The notes under the pieces: model-generated
What the model saw: only the letters and a program-made list of their open reading frames with translations
Told to the model about the DNA's origin: nothing
Database searches by the model: none
Shown: positions 19,422 to 28,520 of the stretch, in pieces
Numbering within the stretch: the stretch's first letter is position 1
Layout of the letters: every line of letters starts with the position of its first letter
Program-made: the position numbers and the translations under genes
Assembly: GCA_965199495.1 (NCBI GenBank)
Contig: CBDASK010000003.1
Span: 2,560,001 to 2,624,000, forward strand
DNA: 64,000 nucleotides
Reading direction: 5' to 3'
DNA from: Abditibacterium sp.
GTDB taxonomy: Bacteria; Armatimonadota; Abditibacteriia; Abditibacteriales; Abditibacteriaceae

Positions 19422-21059
19422 ATGCCTGCCGCTGCCATTCCCGATGTTGAGGCGCAGAGAATTGTCGCGCTCGAACGTTATGGCATTCTCGATACTCTGC
19501 CCGAAATCGAATATGATGATCTGACTTTGTTGGCCTCGCAGATTTGCGAGACGCCGATTTCGTTGATTTCTTTGGTCGCATCGGAGCGGCAGTGGTTCAA
19601 GTCGCGTCGGGGATTTGAATCCGCAGAGTCGCCGCGCTCGATTTCTTTTTGCGCGCACGCCATTCACGATGAAAAACTGTCGGAAGTGCCCGATGCCACG
19701 CTCGATGCGCGTTTTCTCGATAACGAGTTGGTAACGGGCGAGCATCATATCCGGTTTTACGCGGGCGCACCTTTAATCACGCCCGATGGCTTGAAATTGG
19801 GCACGCTTTGCGTTATTGACCGCAAACCGCGCGAATTATCCGACGCGCAACGCGAGGCTTTGAGCGCGCTGGCGCGCCAGGTCGTGGCGTTGCTCGAACT
19901 GCGTCGTAGCATTAAACAACTCGAAATCAGCAATCGCGAATTGAAAAATCAACGCGAAGAATTTCGCGGTTTCATGGATAACAGTCCCCTCGTCGCGTTT
20001 AGTAAAGACCGCGCGGGGCGCTTTATTTACGGCAATAAAACTTGGGAAGAGAGCTTTGGTTTTTCTTTTGCGCAACTCCAAGGGAAAACCGATTTCGAGT
20101 GGTTGCCAACCGAAGTCGCCGCCACAGTTCGCCAGAACGATATGCTGGTATTAGATGAAAATCGCGTGATTCAGGTGATCGAGCGCGTGCCTACGCCCGC
20201 CAATCCGACGTGTGAATGGTTGGTTTTCAAGTTTCCCATCGGGCATGGCCAAGAGGTGCGCTTGGGCGGCGTGGCTCTTGATTTGACCGAGTTGCGGCGC
20301 GCCGAAAAACTCAAAGACGAATTCGTCGCCGTCGTCTCGCACGAACTGCGCACGCCGCTCACCGCCTTGCGCGGTTCGCTGGGATTGCTCGATAATCAGG
20401 TCGCCGGAGTTTTGCCGAATAGCGCGCGCGAAATGGTGCAGTTAGCGCTCAAAAACGCCGAGCGTTTGAACTTGCTCATCAACGATTTACTCGACATCGA
20501 GAAAATCGAAAGCGGCCCGCTCCGCTTTGAAATGGCCGAAATCGATCTGGAAAAACTGTTGCATTCCGCCATCGAACTCAACGCGAATTACGCGTCGCCC
20601 TTGGGCGTGCAACTCGAATTGGAACCTTTGGCGCCCGCGCTGCAAGACGCTCTGGTCGTGGGCGACGAAGCGCGTTTGCAGCAAGTGCTATCAAATTTGC
20701 TTTCCAACGCCGCTAAGTGGACGCCCAAGGGCACAACCGTAAAATTGCGCGCGCAAATCGCGCCCGATTCGACGCCCGCCAACCCGCGCGTTCTCATCGA
20801 AGTTCAGGACGCCGGGCCGGGCGTGCCTGCCGAATTTGAGGCGCATATCTTCGAGCGTTTCTCGCAGGCCGACAGCAGCGCGACCCGCGAAAAAAGCGGC
20901 ACCGGATTGGGTTTAGCGATCAGTCAGGCGATTATCGCCCAGCACGGCGGCGTCATCGCCTACCGCGCGCCCGACGTGGCTGCGGGCTGCGTTGGCGCGA
21001 CGTTTGGTTTCGAGTTAGCGGCGAATTTGGGGGATGATTCGGTTGGCGCGAGTTTGTAG
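19422..21059 (+). CDS. GAF-PAS sensor histidine kinase
   Basis: SFCAHAI, FYAGAPL, SHELRTPL, NLLSNA, GTGLGL. Confidence 0.92.
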   Translation: MPAAAIPDVEAQRIVALERYGILDTLPEIEYDDLTLLASQICETPISLISLVASERQWFKSRRGFESAESPRSISFCAHAIHDEKLSEVPDATLDARFLDNELVTGEHHIRFYAGAPLITPDGLKLGTLCVIDRKPRELSDAQREALSALARQVVALLELRRSIKQLEISNRELKNQREEFRGFMDNSPLVAFSKDRAGRFIYGNKTWEESFGFSFAQLQGKTDFEWLPTEVAATVRQNDMLVLDENRVIQVIERVPTPANPTCEWLVFKFPIGHGQEVRLGGVALDLTELRRAEKLKDEFVAVVSHELRTPLTALRGSLGLLDNQVAGVLPNSAREMVQLALKNAERLNLLINDLLDIEKIESGPLRFEMAEIDLEKLLHSAIELNANYASPLGVQLELEPLAPALQDALVVGDEARLQQVLSNLLSNAAKWTPKGTTVKLRAQIAPDSTPANPRVLIEVQDAGPGVPAEFEAHIFERFSQADSSATREKSGTGLGLAISQAIIAQHGGVIAYRAPDVAAGCVGATFGFELAANLGDDSVGASL

Positions 21060-21061
21060 AA

Positions 21062-21106
21062 TTTTCCCTCACCCGCCTGAACCGTGCGAAGGCGGGTGAG
21101 GGAAAA
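21062..21106. repeat. Hairpin related to 2621-2700
   Basis: ttttccctcacccgcct...aggcgggtgagggaaaa. Confidence 0.75.
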
Positions 21107-21109
21107 TGT

Positions 21110-21249
21110 GATATAGCTCTTCATAGTGAGAAGGCTACACCGGCGGGGCTGACGCCCTCTTCCAATCAGCGCGCTTTCGAGGAACTCCGCTGATTGGAAG
21201 AGGGCGTCAGCCCCGCCGGTGTAGCCTTCTCACTATGAAGGGCTATATC
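21110..21249. repeat. Inverted repeat with ~60-bp arms (GGAAG-type REP doublet)
   Basis: gatatagctcttcatagtgagaaggctacaccggcggggctgacgccctcttccaatcagcg and near-perfect reverse complement. Confidence 0.85.
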
Positions 21250-21255
21250 TACACG

Positions 21256-22278
21256 TCAATCCACGTTTCCCACGTAAATCGTCGCGCCACTCGCTAACTT
21301 TTCATCCGTCGCCGCCGCGACAATCGCGCGCGCGAACTCGGCGACATCGGGCAATTGGCCCGCCTGCTCGCGCCGCGTTTCGATGATGCCGCGTTGCGCG
21401 CGCTCCAACAATTTCGGCGTGATCGTGCCCTCAATCATATCGCCGCTGACGACGACCAGACTTACATCTTGCGCGGCGAATTCGTCCATTTTGGCGCGTA
21501 ACGCGTCTTCGCCCGCGCGCTTGCTGGCGGCGACGGGCGCGTAAATTCCGTCCATTGGTTTGTCATGGAAAAAGTGTGCCAGATGACTCGTCACGAAAAC
21601 GATGCGCCCCCCATGCGCCATCAACGGCAACGCGGCCTCGACCAAACGGACTTGCGCGGTCAAATTCAATTGCATCGCGTAATCGGGCGCGACGCCTTTC
21701 TCCAATCCGCCGCTCGCGTTGAGAACTAAATAATCGAGCGTGCCCGCCGCGCGCACGACGTTCATCATCGCTTCAATGTCGGCGGCACGGGTGATGTCGG
21801 CGGGCGCCAAAGAGGCGCGTCGCCCGCAAGCAGCCACGGCGTCGGCGACGGCCTGCGCGCGCGGCGCTTTGCTGCGATAGTTGATGACGACATCGGCGCC
21901 GCTGTGCGCCAATTGGCGCGCGACTTCGGCACCCACGCCGCGCGATGCGCCCGTCACGAGCGCGAGTTTTGTTGCGGATTTATTCATAATTTCTTGCGCT
22001 TTTGCGCGCTGCCAAATCTCGTCCGCCGTGAACAAAATCCCGCGCGCGGCTTCTTCGCGCGCCAAACCTCGAAGCCACAAACAATTGCAGGCTTCGAGGT
22101 TTGGCGTCCACCGCTCGTCGAGCAGTGCCGACAACGCGAAATTGCCGCCCGCCGATCCGTGACAAACGCCTTCAGCCAGCATAATCGGGTCGTTGCCATT
22201 TTCGCCGGGCCAATGAACCGCGACTTCGTAGGGCCACACGCCGCGTTTATTCTCGCCAATAGTTTGGTATTTATCCAT
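21256..22278 (-). CDS. SDR oxidoreductase with an in-frame ~97-aa N-terminal region (SDR alone is 21256-21987)
   Basis: LVTGASRGVG, LNASGG, YAPVAASK. Confidence 0.8.
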   Translation of the reverse strand: MDKYQTIGENKRGVWPYEVAVHWPGENGNDPIMLAEGVCHGSAGGNFALSALLDERWTPNLEACNCLWLRGLAREEAARGILFTADEIWQRAKAQEIMNKSATKLALVTGASRGVGAEVARQLAHSGADVVINYRSKAPRAQAVADAVAACGRRASLAPADITRAADIEAMMNVVRAAGTLDYLVLNASGGLEKGVAPDYAMQLNLTAQVRLVEAALPLMAHGGRIVFVTSHLAHFFHDKPMDGIYAPVAASKRAGEDALRAKMDEFAAQDVSLVVVSGDMIEGTITPKLLERAQRGIIETRREQAGQLPDVAEFARAIVAAATDEKLASGATIYVGNVD

Positions 22279-22355
22279 ATTCTTATTACGGATCGTAAAT
22301 CGGTTTGGACGCGCGCTTGCTATCACAAAGGCGAACAAAAAAGGAAAAGTCGCTT

Positions 22356-23786
22356 TTGCAACGTCACAACCCATTAGAAAGATACGAATTGCCGTGGATC
22401 CAAGTCTGCCACAACGCGCCCTACTTTCAGGACGAAACTGGAAAACCTTGGACGCCCATCGGCCAAAACGACGCCATTACCTGGCCCGATTTCGCTGGAG
22501 CTTTTCGCCGCCGCGACCTCAACTCGGTTGAAGAACATCTGAAATTTTTGGCCGATCACGACGTGAATTGCCTGAGATTGATGCTGGAATATTGCCAGTC
22601 GCCGCATCGCACGCTGGAAAAGCCGGTCGGTCGTTTCGTGCCCAATATGGTGCGATTGTGGGACGATATTTTCGCCTTATGCGAAAAATATGGCATCCGC
22701 ATTTTGCTGACGCCTTACGACACGTTCTGGATGTGGATTCGTTGGGATAAGCATCCCTATAACGAAATTAACGGTGGAATTTGTGACAGTCGTAATCGCT
22801 GGCTTTTGGAGCCGCGAATGCGCGACGCGATGAAAGCGCGTCTCGAATTTGCCACTGCGCGTTGGGGTGGTAGCGGCGCGTTGTTCGCGTGGGACATCTG
22901 GAACGAAGTGAACCCGGTGCACGCGCAGAACTCAACCGAACCGTTTTGGGAGTTCGTCTCCGACATCAGCGACTTTTTGCGCGCAACCGAAATGCGTTTG
23001 CATGGCCGCGCGCATCCGCAAACGATGTCCACTTACGGTATGCCCTCCGATTTCGACGCGGGCATGACGGCGGCGATTTACCATCATCCGGGTTTGGATT
23101 TCGCCAGCGTCCATTTTTACGAGCGCCCGGCAATTGACAACCCGAAAAACACGGTGGACAGCGCAGTTTTGGTCGGCGCCATGACGCGCGAGGCATTGGG
23201 AGAAATTCGTGACAATCGTCCGTTTTTCGATTCGGAACACGGCCCAATTCACACGTTCAAAGACAAAAAGAAAACATTGTCCGAAGCGTTCGACGACGAG
23301 TATTTTCGCCATTTTCAGTGGGCACATTTCGCGAGCGGCGCCGTCGGCGGCGGGATGCGCTGGCCCAATCGCCACCCGCACGTTTTGACTTATGGTATGC
23401 GCGCCGCCCAGAAATCGCTCGCCGATTTTTTGCCGCTCATCAACTGGAACGATTTCAAGCGCCGCAATCTCAATTGCGAAATCGAAATTGACCCCCAGAA
23501 TTGCACCGTCTGCGCCTGTGGCGACGAAAATCAAGCGGTTGTTTGGCTGTTGCGTCTGGATATTACCGGCAAAAACGGTCTGCTGCAACCAGCAGCCACG
23601 CCGACGGTGTTGAATCTCAAAGTGCCCGGTTTAGCGCGCGGCAATTATAGAGTGACGGCGTGGAACACGACGCAGGGCGTGCCCGTGGCTGCATTCGAGG
23701 CCGCGTCCGATGGCGAAGTCTTACAACTTGAAACGCCGCCATTTGCCCACGATTTGGCGCTGGCGATTAGGCGGATCGGCGACTGA
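22356..23786 (+). CDS. Clan GH-A (GH5-like) glycoside hydrolase
   Basis: AWDIWNEV acid/base, SVHFY, DSEHG; TTG start after AAGGA. Confidence 0.7.
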   Translation: MQRHNPLERYELPWIQVCHNAPYFQDETGKPWTPIGQNDAITWPDFAGAFRRRDLNSVEEHLKFLADHDVNCLRLMLEYCQSPHRTLEKPVGRFVPNMVRLWDDIFALCEKYGIRILLTPYDTFWMWIRWDKHPYNEINGGICDSRNRWLLEPRMRDAMKARLEFATARWGGSGALFAWDIWNEVNPVHAQNSTEPFWEFVSDISDFLRATEMRLHGRAHPQTMSTYGMPSDFDAGMTAAIYHHPGLDFASVHFYERPAIDNPKNTVDSAVLVGAMTREALGEIRDNRPFFDSEHGPIHTFKDKKKTLSEAFDDEYFRHFQWAHFASGAVGGGMRWPNRHPHVLTYGMRAAQKSLADFLPLINWNDFKRRNLNCEIEIDPQNCTVCACGDENQAVVWLLRLDITGKNGLLQPAATPTVLNLKVPGLARGNYRVTAWNTTQGVPVAAFEAASDGEVLQLETPPFAHDLALAIRRIGD

Positions 23787-23795
23787 ATCGTAAGC

Positions 23796-24455
23796 TCACG
23801 CCGATTGGCAACAGCCTTCTTCGCGCACGCAACGACAGGCCACGACGCCCATCAACGCGCCTAAAACCGGAGCCACCAGATAAATCCACAAACTTGCCAG
23901 ATGAAGCGAAACCAACGCCGGAGCCAGCGAGCGTGCCGGGTTCATCGAAGCGCCGCAAATCGGGCCAGCAAACAACGCTTCCAAACCAATGACCGCGCCC
24001 ACGACAATGCCCGCTGTAATGCCTTTTTCTTTGGCGCCCGTCGAAACGCCCAAAATAACGAACATCAAAATCGCGGTCAGAATCCATTCCAAAACGAAAG
24101 ATTGACTGCTCGAACCGGCGGGCAAAGTGCGGCCCAACGTGAGATTGGTGGGAAATAGAAACCGCAGCATAAGGCTGGCTGCCAGAGCGCCCAGACATTG
24201 ACTGAGAATATAAGGCGCTACCAGGCGCGACTGGAACCGCCGCGCCGCCCAAAAACCGAGGGTCACGGCGGGATTGAGATGCGCGCCGGAAACCTCGCCC
24301 AGCGTGTAAATCATCGCCAGCACGATCAGCCCGAAAGTTAGAGCCACGCCGACGTGAGACACCGCGCCGCCATTAACATCGTTAGTGACGATGGCGCCAG
24401 TTCCGGCAAAGACCAGACAAAAAGTGCCGATAAACTCGGCGGCAAACTTTTTCAT
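23796..24455 (-). CDS. MIP family aquaporin/aquaglyceroporin
   Basis: AEFIGT, SGAHLNPAV, SMNPARS. Confidence 0.95.
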   Translation of the reverse strand: MKKFAAEFIGTFCLVFAGTGAIVTNDVNGGAVSHVGVALTFGLIVLAMIYTLGEVSGAHLNPAVTLGFWAARRFQSRLVAPYILSQCLGALAASLMLRFLFPTNLTLGRTLPAGSSSQSFVLEWILTAILMFVILGVSTGAKEKGITAGIVVGAVIGLEALFAGPICGASMNPARSLAPALVSLHLASLWIYLVAPVLGALMGVVACRCVREEGCCQSA

Positions 24456-24519
24456 GCGGCCATTAATTTAACCGATTCAAAGGGAGCGCGCATTGTGTTC
24501 CCGTTGATTTCAATCAATT

Positions 24520-26016
24520 CTAATCTTGCGCGGGCAAATCTAACTCAACTTCCAATCCTCCATTTTCGACATTGCGCGCGCTGACTTTTCCGCCGTGTGC
24601 GCTGATGGCGCGCTGCACAATCGCCAGACCCAGACCGGCGCCGCCGCTCTGGCGGTCGCGAGCTTCTTCGACGCGGAAAAATGGCTCGAAAATGCGTTCG
24701 AGCGTTTCTGGGGGCACGCCCGCGCCAAAATCGCGCACGCGGATGAGGGCGCCGCTCGCGCTCGCTTCGAGCGCGATTTCGACCGCCGTGTTTTCGGGCG
24801 TGTGGCGTAGCGCGTTGCGCACCACGTTTTCGATGGCCGAACCCAATAACGTGCGCTCGCCCTGCATTGAAAAATCATCGGCGCGCCCCAGTTCGACGCG
24901 TTTGTTACACGTCTGCGCCTCGAAACGCGCATCGGCGGCGATTTCTTTGACCAATTCGGTCACGTTTACGCTCTCGAATTCGCCTTGACCACCGTTTTCC
25001 AGGCGCGTCAAATCTAATAGTTGGCCGATGAGCGCATCCAAGCGCCCAGTTTCGCGCGTGATGCGCTCGAAGGCGGGCATAAATTCGGTGCCCGCCGCGC
25101 CGCTTTCGATTTGGCGACGACCCAGCGCGCCCGCCATGCGCAGGCGCGCCAATGGCGAGCGCAGTTCGTGCGAAATATCGCCCAAAAGTTGGCGCTGGCC
25201 CTCGACTAAATTCTCGATGCGGCCCGCCATAATATCGAAATCGCGGCCCAAGTCGCCGACTTCGTCGCGGCGCCCGTTGCGATTGGCGCCGGTGCGCGCC
25301 GCCAAATCGCCCGCCGCCAATTTTTGCGTGGCATTGCGAAGCGTTATCAGTGGCGCCGTCAGATAGCGCACCAAACCCCAGCAGACCAGCCCCGACAAAA
25401 CCAGAGCCACGGCGCCGCCGATGAGTTGGGTGCGCGCTTTGGTGGCGGGCCGTCCCGATTCGGGGAGGGGCAGGTCAGCGACCAAAATGTAGTTGACGCC
25501 GCTTTCGCTGGTCTCGCGCACCGCCGCGACGACGCGCGCGTTAAATAACTCGAAAACCGGTTGTCCACCCGCGCTCGCCTGCTTCACCATTTTTTCAAAG
25601 CGCGCGCGCGCTTTGGCAACGGTGGCGTCATCGGCAAAGCGCGATTCTATCGCGGGCAAGTTAAAAGTGCGCGAGTTGTCCGCGCCCAGCGCCGAGCGAT
25701 TATCCGGCGCATCCGCATCATCTATGTTCGCGGCGGGGCGCCCCAGCTTTTGGCCGTTGGCATCGAGCAAACGCAGACGAACTTTGCCGCCGCGTTGCGC
25801 ACTGCGCAAAGCCGTGCGCAACGCGGGCGCGCCGCCGCGTTCCCATTCCGAGACCATCACGGTCGCCGTGGCTCCCAACGCCGACGCGGTGTTTTTGCGC
25901 CATTCGAGCGGCATCGGTTCGGGCCGCGTGGTCAAGACGACCGTATAAAGCGCCAGCCCGATGAGAATCATCGCGCCCCAGAACCAACCGAAAATTTTCC
26001 AAAAAAGACGGGGCAT
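24520..26016 (-). CDS. HAMP sensor histidine kinase (CpxA-like)
   Basis: RLFWKIF, HAMP, DISHELRSPL, GGAGLGLAI. Confidence 0.92.
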   Translation of the reverse strand: MPRLFWKIFGWFWGAMILIGLALYTVVLTTRPEPMPLEWRKNTASALGATATVMVSEWERGGAPALRTALRSAQRGGKVRLRLLDANGQKLGRPAANIDDADAPDNRSALGADNSRTFNLPAIESRFADDATVAKARARFEKMVKQASAGGQPVFELFNARVVAAVRETSESGVNYILVADLPLPESGRPATKARTQLIGGAVALVLSGLVCWGLVRYLTAPLITLRNATQKLAAGDLAARTGANRNGRRDEVGDLGRDFDIMAGRIENLVEGQRQLLGDISHELRSPLARLRMAGALGRRQIESGAAGTEFMPAFERITRETGRLDALIGQLLDLTRLENGGQGEFESVNVTELVKEIAADARFEAQTCNKRVELGRADDFSMQGERTLLGSAIENVVRNALRHTPENTAVEIALEASASGALIRVRDFGAGVPPETLERIFEPFFRVEEARDRQSGGAGLGLAIVQRAISAHGGKVSARNVENGGLEVELDLPAQD

Positions 26017-26022
26017 GGAATG

Positions 26023-26139
26023 TAAGGGACAGGGGACAAGGAGCAGGGAACAAGGAATTATAAGAGCGCAGGGCATCGCGCTCGCGTTACCTGCGACGGT
26101 TTTAACCTTGTCCCTTGTCCCCTGCTCCTTGTTCCTTTA
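26023..26139. repeat. Inverted arrays of 7-bp GGGACAA/GGAGCAG-like units
   Basis: agggacaggggacaaggagcagggaacaagg ... ccttgtcccttgtcccctgctccttgttcctt. Confidence 0.7.
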
Positions 26140-26854
26140 CGGGCGGCAACGCGTAAATATAACCGACGCTGCGCACGGTTTTGACGCGTTCGGCGTCGTT
26201 GGGGTAGGGGCCAATTTTGCGACGCAAACGCGAAATATGAGTGTCAACGCTACGGTCAAAGGCGCTGAGTTGGCGATCCAAAATGCGCTTGGAAATCGTC
26301 TCGCGCGTCACGATTTCGCCCGCCGATTGCGCCAAAAGCGTCAACAAATCGAATTCGACGGCGGTCAGGTTGAGCTTGTGCCCATTGCATCGGGCTGTGC
26401 GCGCTCCGCCATCAATAATTAAATCGCCAACGTTCAACAATTCGCGATTTTCGGTCGGCGCGGCAGGCGTTTCGCTGGCCGGGCGGGCGCGGCGCAAAAT
26501 CGCGCGCAAGCGGGCCACGAGTTCGCGTTCGTCGAACGGTTTGGGCAAATAATCGTCGGCTCCCACTTCCAAACCGACGATGCGATCCACGGCCTGACCG
26601 CGCGCCGTTAGCATTAGAACCGGCGTTTGTGCGCCCACACTGCCGCCGCCGCGCAACCGTTTCAAAACCTCGAAACCGCTGAGTTTCGGCAGCATCACGT
26701 CCAATAAAATCGCTTCGTAGTCGCCAGCACTCGCGCTCTCCAAACCCGACGCCCCGTCGTGTTGAGCCGAAACGCGAAAACCTTCGAGCGCGAGATATTC
26801 GCCGACCATTTCGCACAACTCGGTATCGTCGTCGATCATCAAAATCGGTTTCAT
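26102..26854 (-). CDS. OmpR-family response regulator (CpxR-like)
   Basis: IDDD, LLDVMLP, GADDYLPKPF, RSVDTHISRLRRK. Confidence 0.95.
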   Translation of the reverse strand: MKPILMIDDDTELCEMVGEYLALEGFRVSAQHDGASGLESASAGDYEAILLDVMLPKLSGFEVLKRLRGGGSVGAQTPVLMLTARGQAVDRIVGLEVGADDYLPKPFDERELVARLRAILRRARPASETPAAPTENRELLNVGDLIIDGGARTARCNGHKLNLTAVEFDLLTLLAQSAGEIVTRETISKRILDRQLSAFDRSVDTHISRLRRKIGPYPNDAERVKTVRSVGYIYALPPVKEQGAGDKGQG

Positions 26855-26917
26855 CCGGTTAAGTATCGCGCGCCACCAAGCAGAAATGCGAAATCGTCAG
26901 AATTATTCACGTTAATT

Positions 26918-27076
26918 TTAGCCACAGAGGGCACAGAGAACACACAGAGGGGCACAGAAAAGAACGAAGAAATTAAAATGGAGAAGAACCATTATTTATG
27001 GTTTTGCCTTTCCGTTTTAATTTCTTCGTTCTTTTCTGTGCCCCTCTGTGTGTTCTCTGTGCCCTCTGTGGCTGAA
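26918..27076. repeat. Inverted repeat built from CACAGAG units
   Basis: ~65-bp near-perfect arms at 26918-26982 and 27011-27076. Confidence 0.85.
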
Positions 27077-27083
27077 TTTGCGT

Positions 27084-28373
27084 CTAAACTTCCAGCAACA
27101 TTCGGTTTGGATTTTCGATGCAATCGGCCAAACGTTTCAAGAACGAGACGGCTTCGCGGCCATCCACAATGCGATGATCGTAAGTCAAGGCCAGATACAT
27201 CATCGGCGCAATGACGACTTGGCCGTTGCGCGCGACCGGGCGTTCCTGAATCGAGTGCATACCCAAAATGCCCGACTGCGGCGCGTTGACGATGGGCGTT
27301 GACAAAAGCGAACCGTAGATGCCGCCGTTGGTAATGGTGAAAGTTCCGCCAGAAAGTTCGTCGGGCGAGATTTTGCCGGTTTTGACTTTACCCGCGAAAT
27401 CGGCAATCGCCAACTCGATTTCGGCGAAACTCATGCGCTCGGCGTGCTTGAGAACCGGCACAACCAAGGCTTTGCCGCCGCCAATCGCCACGCCGATGTC
27501 GTAGTGATTGCGATAGACAATCGAGTCGCCCTGAATTTCGGCGTTAATGGCCGGATAGGCTTTGAGCGCGTCAATCGCCGCTTTGACGAAGAACGACATG
27601 AAGCCCAACTTGATGCCGTATTTTTTGGTGAACGCGTCCTGATGTTCCTTGCGCAATTGCATAACGGCGCTCATGTCGGCTTCGTTGAACGTCGTCAAAA
27701 GCGCGGCGGTTTGCTGCGCCTCGACCAAACGTTGCGCGATTTTGCGGCGAAGCGGCGTCATACGCACGACTTCCTCGTCTTCGCCCGCTTCAACCGGAGC
27801 CGATGGCGCGGCGGGCATCGGCGTCGCTTTGGATTCGGTCGGCGTGGCTGATGTTGGTGCGGGCGCCGATTTCTTCGCTTCGACCGCGTTTTGCACGTCC
27901 GATTTCAGCAAACGTCCGCCGGGGCCAGTGGCAGCCACGTCGCCCGCCTTCATGTTGTTTTGCGCCAATTCGCGCGCGGCGGCGGGCATCACGCGCGCGT
28001 CTTCGTCACCCGATTGCGGCGGATGCGTGCCGATTTCCATGCCGTTGGCGCCCGCGCCGGGCGTGTCGAGATTGCCTTCGGGCTTTGCTTCGACTTTGCC
28101 TTCAGTTTTGGCGCCCGAACCGTTGGAGGTGCCTGAACCTTCTTCCAAAATGGCGACGACTTCGCCAATAGCGACGACATCACCCTGCTTTTTGAGAATT
28201 TTGCCGATGACGCCGCTCGAAGGCGCGGGCAGTTCGACCGTCGCTTTGTCACTTTCGAGCATCACGACGATTTCATCGGTCGAGACAGCATCGCCCTCGT
28301 TTTTGAGCCATTCGCCCATTTCGACTTCGGAGACCGATTCGCCAACCGACGGAATTTTAATTTCTACGGACAT
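27084..28373 (-). CDS. sucB: 2-oxoglutarate dehydrogenase E2
   Basis: Lipoyl [28 protein letters not shown]. Confidence 0.96.
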   Translation of the reverse strand: MSVEIKIPSVGESVSEVEMGEWLKNEGDAVSTDEIVVMLESDKATVELPAPSSGVIGKILKKQGDVVAIGEVVAILEEGSGTSNGSGAKTEGKVEAKPEGNLDTPGAGANGMEIGTHPPQSGDEDARVMPAAARELAQNNMKAGDVAATGPGGRLLKSDVQNAVEAKKSAPAPTSATPTESKATPMPAAPSAPVEAGEDEEVVRMTPLRRKIAQRLVEAQQTAALLTTFNEADMSAVMQLRKEHQDAFTKKYGIKLGFMSFFVKAAIDALKAYPAINAEIQGDSIVYRNHYDIGVAIGGGKALVVPVLKHAERMSFAEIELAIADFAGKVKTGKISPDELSGGTFTITNGGIYGSLLSTPIVNAPQSGILGMHSIQERPVARNGQVVIAPMMYLALTYDHRIVDGREAVSFLKRLADCIENPNRMLLEV

Positions 28374-28476
28374 GATTGATTGGGTTCACAGTGTGAACGT
28401 TTGCGCGCCCATTTTCAACAGCAAAAGTTAAATTGGTTGATGGTTTGAGCGAGTGAATTTATAACGGGCAAACGGA

Positions 28477-28508
28477 AAAGCCCGACAGAAATTAATCTGC
28501 CGGGCTTT
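28477..28508 (-). terminator. Hairpin between sucA and sucB
   Basis: aaagcccgacaga...tctgccgggcttt. Confidence 0.5.
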
Positions 28509-28520
28509 CGCGCTCCAATT

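Noticed and set aside
23796..24455. Arsenic-resistance operon around the MIP channel with a Cys-rich tail
   Set aside because: No arsR/arsC or related genes adjacent.
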